This document shows, piece by piece, positions 21,815-33,060 of a stretch of 64,000 bases of DNA (positions within the stretch are counted from its first letter, which is position 1; each line of letters starts with the position of its first letter). Origin of the DNA: Glycera tridactyla (taxonomy: Eukaryota); contig OZ286464.1 of assembly GCA_965644265.1 (NCBI GenBank), positions 13,268,001 through 13,332,000 of the forward strand. The letters are read 5' to 3'. The translations under genes and the position numbers were made by a program. The notes below the pieces were generated by a model that had not been told where the DNA came from, did not search any database, and saw only the letters and a program-made list of their open reading frames with translations.

Positions 21815-22795
21815 ATGCCTGCGAAAATCCGAAGTAAGCGAGTGTTGTACAATATTTTGAGGTCGCTGTATACTGATCCCAAATATCCCTCTAGTTACAA
21901 CTCTCCTAGAAGATTAAAGAAACATCTGGATGATGAGAAGACTATTTCTATAACTTTGACAGAAGTTCAAGACTACTTGAGTAATTTACCCTCTTATACT
22001 CTGCATAGACCCATACGCCGTAAATTCAAGCGTCGTTTAACAAAAGTATATGGCATCCATATTCAACATCAGTGTGATTTGATGGATTTTCAGACACTTG
22101 CTAAGTACAACAACCACTTCAAATATGTTTTAATTGCAGTGGATGTATTTTCACGTTTCATGTTTGCTAGACCATTATTAAACAAAAAACCAGAGACTGT
22201 TGTCAGAGCTTTCCAACAGATGTATGAGAAAGGGGCAAAACCTAAAATAATACAGACTGATGATGGGTCTGAGTTTATTGCAAGGTATACTCAAAACTAT
22301 TTCAGGAGAGAATTCATCAAACATTTCACAACAAGCAGTGATACAAAGTCTGCTTTGGTGGAGAGAGCAATCAGAACATTGAAGGCAAGAATATTCAGGT
22401 ATTTCACACATAACAATACAAAAACTTGGTTCAATGTCTTGCATATTTTTGTTGATAGTTATAATAAATCTTATCACAGATCTATTAAAATGTCCCCAAG
22501 TGAAGTCAATAAGAGTAATGAAGGTGAAGTATGGGTGAATTCATACAATCAACTATTTTCAATCAAAAGGACTCAAAATTATTTTCATGAAGGAGATGTT
22601 GTGAGGATAACCCTATTGAGTAAACAGTTCAAAAAAGGATATATCAGAGGTTGGACAACAGAGATGTTTGTAATTGATGAGGTATTGAATACCTATCCAC
22701 TAACATATAAGTTGCGAGATATGAATTCAGAAGTATTAAAAGGAACTTTTTACAAAGAAGAATTATTAAAGGTGAGAAATATGATCATTGACTAG
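21815..22795 (+). CDS. int: Retroviral-like (rve, DDE) integrase of Maverick type
   Basis: QCDLMD, IQTDDGSEF, LVERAIRTLK; C-terminal GDVVRI..FKKGY..WT.E..KGTFYKEEL. Confidence 0.96.
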   Translation: MPAKIRSKRVLYNILRSLYTDPKYPSSYNSPRRLKKHLDDEKTISITLTEVQDYLSNLPSYTLHRPIRRKFKRRLTKVYGIHIQHQCDLMDFQTLAKYNNHFKYVLIAVDVFSRFMFARPLLNKKPETVVRAFQQMYEKGAKPKIIQTDDGSEFIARYTQNYFRREFIKHFTTSSDTKSALVERAIRTLKARIFRYFTHNNTKTWFNVLHIFVDSYNKSYHRSIKMSPSEVNKSNEGEVWVNSYNQLFSIKRTQNYFHEGDVVRITLLSKQFKKGYIRGWTTEMFVIDEVLNTYPLTYKLRDMNSEVLKGTFYKEELLKVRNMIID

Positions 22796-23317
22796 GAACT
22801 CATAGATCTATCTGTACCATTTGTCCCTCAAATTTTGTTTTCCCTGAACTGAAGTGTATATGTGTATGTATATCCATGTGTTTTGCATTTTCAGCTTACA
22901 AGAACCACACCATTGACAATTTGTTCATCGGATATACTATGTGGCGCTTATGCAATCAAGTTTATGCATGATTGCTATGCTTATGTGTGGTATGCTGCTT
23001 TTCAAACATGTGCATTTGATCCTAAAAAGCACTCCCTGGATTTTGATCTTGAATGCTTGCAAAAGCATCTGTGTCTCGGAATGTTGTGCTTTTTGCATGA
23101 TTATATGTGTTTATTCATGCTGAGTTATTCACATGCACTTATAATTTGCTGGTGGCATGTAAATCTGATTGTCTGCAAGAGTAAGTCATGTTCCTAGAGG
23201 TATGGGTGTATTGATCTGTGAGCTTGCAGTTTGCCTGTTAAAAGTTACATGTATCTTCATCAGATATGAGATTTAAGCTATTGATGGGAATTACAGGATT
23301 AGCTTCGTGTAAAAATT

Positions 23318-23975
23318 ATGAGTAGGCAAAAAGATTCAGAGAATTTGGAATATGCATTTGATGCCAGGTTCAAGACACCATTCAGATTACTGGTTGTTGG
23401 ACCTACTTTGTCTGGAAAGACAACATTTGTTTTGAATATGTTGAAAAATGTGGATAGACTTCTGGATGCACAAATAACCAACCTGGTATGGTGTTATGGG
23501 ATACAAATCCCCCCAGAATGTGAGACTAACACATTTTGTCCATGATATTCCCACCGATCTGGTTGAAACATATATTCAAAGTGGTGAAATAAATTTGCTT
23601 ATCCTTGACGATCTCATGGAAGAAGCTCTGAAGAGCAAATTATTTGCAGATATATTGACAAAATATAGCCACCATATGAATATTAGTGTTATTCTCATCA
23701 TGCAAGATTTTTATTATGATGGCAGATACCGGAAACTTATCCAAAGAAATGTTAATTATTTGACATTTTTTGACTCCCCACTTGACCAATCACAAATATA
23801 TGGAATGGCCAAGAAAATATCACCCAAAAGTGAGAAGGTATTCATTGAGATCTATAAAAAGGCTATAAAAGATCATGGATACATATTTATTGATGGTCAC
23901 AGAGATACACCTAAACAAGCAATGTTCAGATCTAATATTTTTGATTTAGGACAAAAAGTATATTGCTTATCATAA
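23318..23975 (+). pseudogene. DNA packaging ATPase (A32/FtsK-like), split by one frameshift
   Basis: Walker A GPTLSGKT in one frame; Walker B LLILDDL and SHHMNISVILIMQ in the next. The shift is at the C6 run, 23509-23514. Confidence 0.92.
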
Positions 23976-24109
23976 CATCTTAAATGAATTCACCTGACCT
24001 ATGGTCATTGATGTCTAGGTTGGAACATATCCAATGCATTTAGCATGACAAATACATGCAAATTGTCTCTGAGATTACTAATTCGTTATTTCATCATGAA
24101 TATTTGATA

Positions 24110-24667
24110 ATGGCAAGAACAATCCAAAAGAAGCAGAAATCCAGACCCAGGAAGCATAAATTTGAGGGAAAGAGAGTTCATGAGAAGCTTCGATCCTGAA
24201 GTCGTGAGACTCACAAAGCACAAGCTTGTAAAACAAAAAAATCAAGGACTAAATCTAGAAGTAATGATAGAGGAAAAAATTATGCTTCAACTACTGCATT
24301 ATCCCATGATCCAACACCAAAATGTACTGAGATTGTCAGGAATTTAGATTTCCTAAATTTCCTGACAAAAGCTAAGGGCAGAAAACGTTTGAAATCAGTT
24401 ATAAATATTGCAACTAAGAGTGAGTTAGAAGCAATTATACAAGTGTTGTCTAATGCCTGTCATGGTAGATTTCCACTTCCCAGTAGAGTTCTTCAGAAGC
24501 TTGTCAGACAAAAATCTACTTTACAACAACTTTTGAAACAGAGATTGAGTATAGGTAGGAGAAAAAAGATTATACAGAAGGGGGGTTTTATTGCAGCTTT
24601 ATCTGCCTTACTACCTCTAGCAATTAAAGGAATAACCGATTTGATAAAGAAAAGACAACGAAAATGA
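24110..24667 (+). pseudogene. Basic core protein with an adenovirus pX-like C-terminus, one in-frame stop
   Basis: ATG 24110 is in frame with the 24389 ORF; TGA at 24197; C-terminus IQKGGFIAALSALLPLAIK. Confidence 0.7.
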
Positions 24668-25329
24668 GTTTTAAAGAAGCTGTTATTGTACCATTATCTA
24701 TCTATAATAGGTATATTTCTAAGATGAAATTGGATGAGGATATACCAGACCAGAAGGTGAAGAAAGATACCTCACACCATGATGATCAAATCATTTCAGG
24801 CAAGATTAAACAATCAACATTGGATATATTAGAAGATACTAAAATGCCAACTGATATAAAGATGGTTCTGATACAAGATCAAAAGATAGAAGAAAAGCAG
24901 AGAGATAATGTGAAGGCAGCTCATTCAAGTGCTCAACAAACTATTTCAAGTGCTGAAATTCGGAAGTTACAAGTTGATAACATTGTTAGTTCTGTTATCC
25001 CTAGAAACCAACCATATGCCTTGAGTATTATGAATAAGATTCTTCAGAAACCAGAAGTACTAACCTGGGATACAAACAGTGGGGAGATTTATATTTATAG
25101 ACAGCTTGTGGAGGGTAGTAATATGAAAGATATAATTAGGTATCTTACAAAATCTTTGATTGTAACAAGTTCTCAAGATGTACCAGTTGGGCTGGTTGAA
25201 TTTGCTAAAGTATTGGATGATTTGAAGATTGATTCAAAATGGATACAAGCTAAAATACCAAGAAAGACTAGAGGACAAAAACAATATTCTGGTGAGCAAG
25301 TCTGGAGACATTTTGTTCATCTTTTATGA
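24664..25329 (+). CDS. Conserved Maverick structural-module protein of unknown function
   Basis: LTWDTNSGEIYI..GSNMKDII..PVGLVEF motif of Polinton capsid-cluster ORFs; start overlaps the previous stop (ATGA). Confidence 0.75.
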   Translation: MSFKEAVIVPLSIYNRYISKMKLDEDIPDQKVKKDTSHHDDQIISGKIKQSTLDILEDTKMPTDIKMVLIQDQKIEEKQRDNVKAAHSSAQQTISSAEIRKLQVDNIVSSVIPRNQPYALSIMNKILQKPEVLTWDTNSGEIYIYRQLVEGSNMKDIIRYLTKSLIVTSSQDVPVGLVEFAKVLDDLKIDSKWIQAKIPRKTRGQKQYSGEQVWRHFVHLL

Positions 25330-25506
25330 ATCTGTGAACTTTCATATAAATTTCGTGGTATAAGAGTTTGATTTTTGATATAACTTGACTCCATATGATG
25401 TGATGACCCAGTGGTAAAAGATGTATGTGAATACATCTTCATCATTGAGTTTGGGGATAGCATAACTTCAAGATTCAAGAGTATTCAAGCAATTGCACTG
25501 AGTTTG

Positions 25507-26346
25507 ATGAGAAATACAAATATGTTGGATGATAATTATAAAGGTAAAGATTTTTATGTTTTCTTGCCATCCAATGTTGACAGTGAAAAGTATGGAGTTA
25601 TCAACAAGATAGGACATTATACAACCTATATACCAAGAAACACCCTGAATCTTGGGGATAATAAATGGGAAGTTGCACTCACCTCGATTATTTACCCCAA
25701 AACAATGTATAATATAAATAATGAGATGTGTGAGATCATAAGAATAAAAAACAACCCCCCTACAGAATTACCAGATGGATCCCTAAGAGATAATACAAGT
25801 AGGGAAGTACGTAGAATATCGGCAGGCTTTTATAGGTCTGAAGGTGATTTGATCAGAGCAATACATAGTACTAGATCAAAGATTTTTGGGAGTAGTGTTG
25901 TTTACAATCCAATAAGTTATAAAGCAACAATCTACATGAAACCACTCGAATCAAAAACAGTGCAAGACAAATTATCAACTGTAATTGGGTTTCTGAACCA
26001 GACTGAGTTCATTGGTAGCAAGTCTGAAAAGGGAGCAATTAGAGAGTTTGTATCACCTCAAATGGTGAATATATACATCCCAGATCATTTATATATCTAT
26101 TGTGATATATTAGAATATTCTTTAGTAGGTGATAAACTTGCTCCTCTTCTTGCTGTATCTAAAATTGATTATTCGAATCCCCAAAATATCATTGAGAAAA
26201 CAATCCAGCATCCTAATTATATCAAAGTTCAAAATAACACCATTGAGTCCATCACAATTATCATAACTGATTCTTCAGGGAAACCAATTGAGTTTGAAAG
26301 TGGGAAGATTGTTATAACTTTACATTTCAAGCCTTGTATGCTGTGA
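25507..26346 (+). CDS. Minor capsid protein (penton, single jelly roll)
   Basis: DFYVFLPSN, WEVALTSIIYP, LYIYCDILEYSLVGD, PNYIKV..IESITI. Start at ATG 25507 or 25522. Confidence 0.9.
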   Translation: MRNTNMLDDNYKGKDFYVFLPSNVDSEKYGVINKIGHYTTYIPRNTLNLGDNKWEVALTSIIYPKTMYNINNEMCEIIRIKNNPPTELPDGSLRDNTSREVRRISAGFYRSEGDLIRAIHSTRSKIFGSSVVYNPISYKATIYMKPLESKTVQDKLSTVIGFLNQTEFIGSKSEKGAIREFVSPQMVNIYIPDHLYIYCDILEYSLVGDKLAPLLAVSKIDYSNPQNIIEKTIQHPNYIKVQNNTIESITIIITDSSGKPIEFESGKIVITLHFKPCML

Positions 26347-26348
26347 GA

Positions 26349-26816
26349 ATGAATAAGAATCCATACATCAATTATTACATGCAGCAGGGAGGAAATATCC
26401 CTGTTTTTGAAGGTACAATATCTCAAAGAGGTTATGGATTAGGGGGTATTCTAGCAAGCATTATTAGAAGTGCAGCACGAATTGCACTGAAAGCTTTCAA
26501 ACCAGTTTCGAGAGCTTTAACTTCTAAAGGTCTCACTTCAGCAGCAAGGGCTTTGGGGAAATCTACGATAAAGAAAGCTGCCAAATCAATTGGATCCAAG
26601 GGAATGAGACAGACAGGAAGGACGATCTTACAAAAAGGTCTTGAGATAGGTAAAGATGTAGGGAGAGATATCAGAAAAGAGGTCATCAAGTCTACTAAGA
26701 AAGCAGTCAAAAGAAAAATCACGGATTCACTTGAAGATATCTTCAAACCCACTGAAAAGAAAGCAAAACATCAAACAAGAGGCAGGAAAAGCAGGAGAAT
26801 TGTCAAAGGAAGATAA
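26349..26816 (+). CDS. Basic Maverick virion/core protein with a QRGxGxGG motif
   Basis: YINYYMQQGG.IPVFEG..QRGYGLGGILASIIR, followed by amphipathic K/R-rich helices. Confidence 0.85.
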   Translation: MNKNPYINYYMQQGGNIPVFEGTISQRGYGLGGILASIIRSAARIALKAFKPVSRALTSKGLTSAARALGKSTIKKAAKSIGSKGMRQTGRTILQKGLEIGKDVGRDIRKEVIKSTKKAVKRKITDSLEDIFKPTEKKAKHQTRGRKSRRIVKGR

Positions 26817-27176
26817 GTCAAATTGACTTTGCATTTGTGAGTGTATTACAGAGTTAGTCTTCTGAATGACTTCTTTTTGAATTGATTATGCTGCCCTGAG
26901 CAGACTGAACAGACTAATATCCATGATACATTTCTAGTGACAGTGTGCTGATTATTGTCTTTATTCTACTAATTGTATTCTACTAATTGTATTCCAATAA
27001 CAATCCACCACCTGAGTATTGTCTAGTTGCTTTTTTTTTTCTGATAGACCCATCCAATTGACACCTAGGACCTTGTGGATGAGATTTTCAGGAACTTTTG
27101 GTTCTTGCTCTATTCATATCACAGTCCTTTTATAACATTCTCTTTATTTTTGGTATCCAATAACAAACTATTCATC

Positions 27177-28523
27177 ATGAGTGGTTCAGATGTTGCTTGT
27201 TTGAAAAGTGAATTAGATTTATTCAAACAACAGAAGATTCAAGTAGCATTTAAGTCTGGGAAGTACATAAAAATAGATCCACAAACAAGTATTGATAGTA
27301 CAAATACATTGGAATTTAGACTTTCTACAGCTGGTCATTATTACCGGATAGGAGGAGCTGTTTTGTTTCTTGAGCTGAAAATTCTTGATGGGAATGATGA
27401 GGCTATAAATTTAACATCTTCCACAACTGCTGATTCCACAACTTATACTGGAGAACTTGTATATCCTGTAAACTATCTTGTTGCCTCTTGTTTCAAAGGG
27501 GTGGAAGTACAGATCAATTCAACTATTGTTAACAAAACAAACAATCTTTACCCCTATAGGGCATATTTAGAAGCCCTTTTGAGCTATAGTCCTGAAGCAT
27601 TCAATACTCATTTACGTGCAGGATTGTTTGTCAAAGATCAAGATAATTTTGATTATGTTGATAAAGACTTGTTCAATGATGAAGAGAAAAATAATGGAGC
27701 ATATGAGAGATGGCCTGCAGTGAAGGGCAGCAAATCCTTCCAAGTATTTGGTCGTATTCATTCAGAGATTTTTTCACAGGATAAAGCTTTGCCATCAGAC
27801 ACTGAAATTAGAATACGTCTTTATAAGCACAATCCTGAATTCTTCTTGATGTCTTCAAGCAAGAGCATAAAACCGAAGCTAGTTATAGAAGAGGCTGTTC
27901 TGTACATTCCACAGATGGATGTAGCACCATCTGTTGTTGAGGCCCACAAGTATGCGATCAGTAAGAATATTCCTATTGTCTATCCTGTGACAGGAGTTGA
28001 AGTTGTCCATTTCACACATGCTGTTGGCAAATCAGACCTATCCGAGCCCACAGTGTTTCAAGGAAAATTGCCAAATAGTGTAGTCAAAACACTTGTTTCG
28101 AGTGCAGCTTTTAATGGAGATTACAGTAAGAACCCATTTTCGTTTCAACACAATAATGTCAGGAGCATCTCATTACGAGTTGATGGAATTGCCAAGCCAA
28201 TAGATGAATTGAGAATGAAATATGATGAAGAAAAGTATATGATGGCATATTTATCACTTTTAGAGGCATGCGATTCCCTATTTTCAAATACACCAGTGAA
28301 TATTTCACCATATGAGTTTGCATCAGGTTACGCTATATATGCATTTGATTTGACTGCAGATTTGAATGCTTGTGCTCCACACCGATCCCCTAATCAGGTC
28401 GGAAAGATTGGCGTTGATATCAGATTGGATAAATCTACAACAGAGAGTCTAGTGGTATTAGCATATGCCGAATATTCGTCAGCTATATATCTGAAAGGGA
28501 ATGAATGTGAATATACTTTATAA
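27177..28523 (+). CDS. Major capsid protein (double jelly roll)
   Basis: CLKSELDLF..Q N-terminus, YPYRAYLEALLSY, KNPFSF, YAFDLT; ATG at 27177, 448 aa. Confidence 0.92.
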   Translation: MSGSDVACLKSELDLFKQQKIQVAFKSGKYIKIDPQTSIDSTNTLEFRLSTAGHYYRIGGAVLFLELKILDGNDEAINLTSSTTADSTTYTGELVYPVNYLVASCFKGVEVQINSTIVNKTNNLYPYRAYLEALLSYSPEAFNTHLRAGLFVKDQDNFDYVDKDLFNDEEKNNGAYERWPAVKGSKSFQVFGRIHSEIFSQDKALPSDTEIRIRLYKHNPEFFLMSSSKSIKPKLVIEEAVLYIPQMDVAPSVVEAHKYAISKNIPIVYPVTGVEVVHFTHAVGKSDLSEPTVFQGKLPNSVVKTLVSSAAFNGDYSKNPFSFQHNNVRSISLRVDGIAKPIDELRMKYDEEKYMMAYLSLLEACDSLFSNTPVNISPYEFASGYAIYAFDLTADLNACAPHRSPNQVGKIGVDIRLDKSTTESLVVLAYAEYSSAIYLKGNECEYTL

Positions 28524-28542
28524 TTGAGAATAAGAATATAAA

Positions 28543-29022
28543 ATGAATACTGAAGACCTAAAGTACTTCATAGGTAAGGTCACTCACCCAGATTATTTTC
28601 AGGGGGTCTTTTCCTCAGATTCTCTACCACGAAAAAAAGAAAATGGTATATATATCTGCAATACTGCCAATGCATTCAATAAGGGCATCCATTGGATTGG
28701 ACTCTTTGTGCATGAACAGAAGCATAATGAGTATTTTGATAGTTTGAATGGGCCAATATCATATGAATTTGAAGAATTTCTCAATTTCGAATATGAACGT
28801 AGCACAAGAGCTTTGCAATTTCCTTTGTCAACTACATGCGGTGGTTGGGTATTATATTATTCAATTGCTAAGTCATTGGGATATAAGCTATCTGAGATTG
28901 AGCAAGATTTCACTCATGATACACTGCTGAATGACTACCTTCTCCGGTGGTTCCTTCACAACTTCTTTGGACAGGAGATATTACATGTGTTTGATCTTGA
29001 CTTCATTGAGTCGGTATTTTGA
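28543..29022 (+). CDS. Adenain-like cysteine protease
   Basis: Catalytic residues in GIHW, EYFDS and LQ..STTCG. Confidence 0.95.
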   Translation: MNTEDLKYFIGKVTHPDYFQGVFSSDSLPRKKENGIYICNTANAFNKGIHWIGLFVHEQKHNEYFDSLNGPISYEFEEFLNFEYERSTRALQFPLSTTCGGWVLYYSIAKSLGYKLSEIEQDFTHDTLLNDYLLRWFLHNFFGQEILHVFDLDFIESVF

Positions 29023-29047
29023 CTTCATCGTCTGTATGTCAAACACA

Positions 29048-29560
29048 ATGCCTAAACGATCAATCACTTTCCACAGATCAGCTACTCTGAAAGACGTTGA
29101 GGATGGTCAAATCATAGATGTTCGTGATGAAGAAAAGATAGATGATCCACTGACCATTCATGTGTCTGAAGATATTGAATCAATTATTTTATACTTAGGC
29201 TTCATGAAATTAAGGGTGGATTTTGTTCAGCGCTCCATACAGAAATTTGGGAGTTATATTTCATATGCAGATTTCAAACCTCGAACAATATATGATATGC
29301 AAACATTTCCATGTATTGAATCAGATACTAGTGACTGTGAACTTCTTATTGATCCAACATATGATATAGTCAATTTGAGACATGGACAAACATATTTGCG
29401 ATTCCGTTGTAATAACTTGGAAATGGAATGTGTGTCATTAGCATATGATGACGAACAGACACGGGTGAAAAGTCTTGTTAGTATGATAAGTGAGCAGCTG
29501 AAACCTACTGCACACGTTCAGCCCAGTGTTAAGAGGAACAGTGATTCTGAAGTTGATTAG
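29048..29560 (+). CDS. Hypothetical ~170 aa protein
   Basis: Intact ORF right after the protease on the same strand; last ORF before the satellite. Confidence 0.6.
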   Translation: MPKRSITFHRSATLKDVEDGQIIDVRDEEKIDDPLTIHVSEDIESIILYLGFMKLRVDFVQRSIQKFGSYISYADFKPRTIYDMQTFPCIESDTSDCELLIDPTYDIVNLRHGQTYLRFRCNNLEMECVSLAYDDEQTRVKSLVSMISEQLKPTAHVQPSVKRNSDSEVD

Positions 29561-29639
29561 AGTTGTTGTTCTAAAAGATGTCAGTCGGTAATGCAATATA
29601 AGAACAATTGGTCACTGCTTACTACAATGAGTATCCAGC

Positions 29640-31050
29640 TCATTGGTACTTTTTTCTGAAATATCATCACACTTTACTGCATCTATGTTCTGAAAAATTA
29701 TGAGACTTTACTACATTTATGTTCTGAAATATGATCACACTTTACTGCATCTATAAGATGTGAGCTTGATTGATGTGTAAAGACAAGTGGCTCATTGCTA
29801 CTGAGAGTCGACCATTGCCAATGCTTAGTACATACTGCTGAGTAGCATATTGACATAGCTTTTTGGATTATCAAAGTTTCTTTACATTTTGATGACAATT
29901 TGCATAGAGTAGCTCATTGCTACTTTGTTCTGAAATATTATCACACTTCACTGCATCCATGCAATGTGAACTTCATTGGCTCATCGTCAATGTAAACAAA
30001 GTTTCTTTACATTTTGATGACAATTTGCATAGAGTAGCTCATTGCTACTTTGTTCTTAAATATTATCACACTTCACTGCATCTATGCAATGTGAACTTGA
30101 TTAGCCGATCCTCAATGTAAACTTGAGTGGCTCATTGTCACAGAAAGTTGACTATTGTCAATGGATTATCAAAGTTTCGTCATATTCTGATGACAATTTG
30201 CATAGAGTAGCTCATTGCTACTTCATTCAGAAATATTATCACACTTCACTGCATCTATGCAATGTGAACATGATTGGCTCATCGTCAATGTAAACAAAGT
30301 TTCTTTACATTTTGATGACAATTTGCATAGAGTAGCTCATTGCTACTTTGTTCTGAAATATTATCACACTTCACTGCATCTATGCAATGTGAACTTGATT
30401 AGCCGATCCTCAATGTAAACTTGAGTGGCTCATTGTCACAGAAAGTTGACTATTGTCAATGGATTATCAAAGTTTCGTTATATTTTGATGACAATTTGCA
30501 TAGAGTAGCTCATTGCTACTTCATTCAGAAATATTATCACACTTCACTGCATCTATGCAATGTGAACATGATTGGCTCATCATCGATGTAAACTTGAGTG
30601 GCTCATTGTCACCTTTACTGCATCTATGAGATGTGGACTTGATTGTCTCATCACTGATGTGATTGTGAGTGGCTCATTGTCACAGAAAGTTGACCATTGT
30701 CAATGCTAGCACATAGCATTGATTTTATCAAAGATTTTTCAGATTCTTTACCTGAATATGATGGAGTAGCTCATCGCTACTTTGTTCTAAAATATCATCA
30801 CACTTCACTGCATCTATAGGAATTGAGTAGCATTTTGACACAGCTATTTGGATTATCAAAGCTTCTCCTTCCTAACACAATATGCATAGAGTAGCTCATT
30901 GCTGCTTTTTTTTTTCATATATTATCACGCTTCTGCATCTATTGTTCTGAAATTTTCCACTTTACTGCATCTATGAGAATATGATTAGTGTATAAAAACA
31001 AGTAGCCCATTGCTACTGAGGGTTGCTCATTGCCAATGGATTCGATTTCA
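29640..31050. repeat. Satellite with ~298 bp higher-order unit (alternating ~124 and ~174 bp monomers)
   Basis: GATGACAATTTGCATAGAGTAGCTCATTGCTACTT recurs; near-identical short ORFs at 29917 and 30215 lie 298 bp apart; edges degenerate. Confidence 0.9.
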
Positions 31051-31439
31051 TAAAACCTTCTTTGCATTCTTGCCACAGTATTCAGTGGCTCATACTATGT
31101 TCTGAAGTCATGCATAAATCATAGCTCATGATCAAGAAGATTCACTGAACACATTGTTGCATTTCATGTATTAGTGCTGTGTGGGATTTACCATTTATTA
31201 GAAAATGTATTGACCTGATAAATATAAAAAAAAAATGCAACAAAAAGAAAGAAAGAATACCCTCACTATTCTTTCAGAATGTATGAATAATGTATCCTCC
31301 TCTCATAAGATTTCACACAATTCCCATAATATATACACACATACAGGTGTTTCTCCTTCCTGATTATTCATGTATTTGATTCTGTTCCAGGACTTTTAAA
31401 CTTTGTGTTTATCTGTACTATGAATGTGAAGTGTGTTAT

Positions 31440-32530
31440 AGTTGATTTTGATGAAATCACCTTCAGGGCATTTTATCTTCACCTCTGGGACAACATCATC
31501 ATGGCTGGTGTCCGTGGACTGTGAAATTCTACCATGTACAACATGTCAAACAAAATAACAGTGCATGCAGAGTCTGCCTTCCATTTCCACTCAAGGACTT
31601 CTGGCATAGTGAGTCGTTATGACGTGTGCTATATCTGATTTTGATACAAACCTTTGCATTTATCTCCATTTCTAGCTCAACATCATTACAGCTGGTCTCT
31701 GTGAACTGTGAAATCCTCCAATGTGCAACATGTTGAGCTGGGGCATGAACAGTCTGAGCAGACAAAGAACTAAGTATTGGTGCGTGCAAATCTGCCTTCC
31801 ATCTCCACTCAAGGACTTCTGGGATGGTGACTATTCATGGGCTGTGTGACATTTATTTTGATTCAAACCTCTGCATTTGCCTCCACTACTAGAGCCAATA
31901 TCAATACGGCTGGTGTCTGTGAACTGTCCCTCCCCCATGTGCTACATGTCATGCTGGGACATGGACAGACTGAGCAGATAATAGAGTAGTGGTGCATGCA
32001 GAGTCTGCCTACCATCTCCACTGAAGGATTTCTGTGATGGTGACTAGCTATGACGTGTGTGTCATTTGATTTTGATACAAACCTCTGGATTTACCTTCAC
32101 TTCTAGAGCGCGATCAATATGGCTGGAGTCTGTGAACTGCGAAATTTCCCATATGTGCAACATGTTGAGCTGGGGCGTGGACAGCAAACATAGTAGTGGT
32201 GCATATATCTCCACTCAAGGACTTCTAGGATAGTGACTATTCATGATGTTATATGATTCTGATACAACCTCCTGGATTCACCTTCACTTTTAGAGCAACA
32301 TCATTACGGCGGTAGTCAGTGAACTGTGATATTCCTCCCATGTGCAACATGTCGAGCTGGGGTGTGGACAGACTGAGCAAAGTCGTGGTGCATGCATAAT
32401 CTGCCTTCCATCTCCACACAAGGATTTCTGGGATAGTGACTATATATGATATGTGTGATGTTTGATTTTGATGCAAACCTCGGGATTTATCTTCATTTCT
32501 GGAGCAACGTCATCACAGCTGGGATAGTGG
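31440..32530. repeat. Degenerate ~190-215 bp tandem array, about 6 units
   Basis: Recurrent CTTCTAGAGC..ATCA..ACGGCTGG..TCTGTGAACTG and CCACTCAAGGACTTCT blocks. Confidence 0.8.
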
Positions 32531-33060
32531 TGCTGTGCCCCACATGGTCTACTTTTATCATCATTCAGAGTTGTATCACATCATTACACATTGGAATTAC
32601 GATAACTCCAGGACTGATTAGAGAAAACGGATGTCATTTTATCTGAATCTTGTATGATGCACTTCACATTCACTTTCTTATTGTTCTGCACTTTTGCTTA
32701 TTGTTTGATAAAAAAAAGTTTTCTGCATGAAAAATAAAAAGTTGGAAAAAAAAAAAAAAATGGGAGAGATGGTATCAGTTACCTTCTTTTTTGCGCCAGC
32801 TTAAAATAAGGTAACTACGGCTTTCATTCTATATGTACATGGGCTTATTGTTTGTTTTTTTCCAGTGGAATACATTTATCCCAGTGAAAATTCAGTGAGG
32901 GTTTTTTCACTGGATGGTGTATTCAGGTGTGGTTATGGTATGTCTTTGAGTGACTGTATGTGAGAGTGAGTGTGTGTATTTTTGAGTGTGTGTGTGTGTT
33001 TATGCATCATGTATGTCTCAGAGATTTCAGCTCTCGATTTCTACTTAATTTTAAGCCCAA

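Larger units (their letters stand above)
4456..29560 (+). mobile_element. Maverick/Polinton (adintovirus-like) element, minimum extent of the coding region
   Basis: Co-oriented pPolB, rve integrase, A32/FtsK-like ATPase, penton, major capsid and adenain protease; intronless ORFs, several overlapping or closely abutting. Termini not identified. Confidence 0.95.

Noticed and set aside
22862-23197. 111 aa Cys-rich hydrophobic ORF between integrase and ATPase
   Set aside because: GTG start and TG-rich composition with overlapping short ORFs; likely non-coding.
4432-28534. ATAAG (baculovirus-like late promoter word) upstream of dUTPase, polB, PC4, integrase and protease
   Set aside because: A 5-mer this AT-rich is expected often by chance, and it is absent near MCP, ATPase and dNK starts.
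29640-31050. CRISPR-like appearance of repeats with a small hairpin
   Set aside because: The intervening sequences repeat too, so there are no unique spacers; no cas genes; eukaryotic context.
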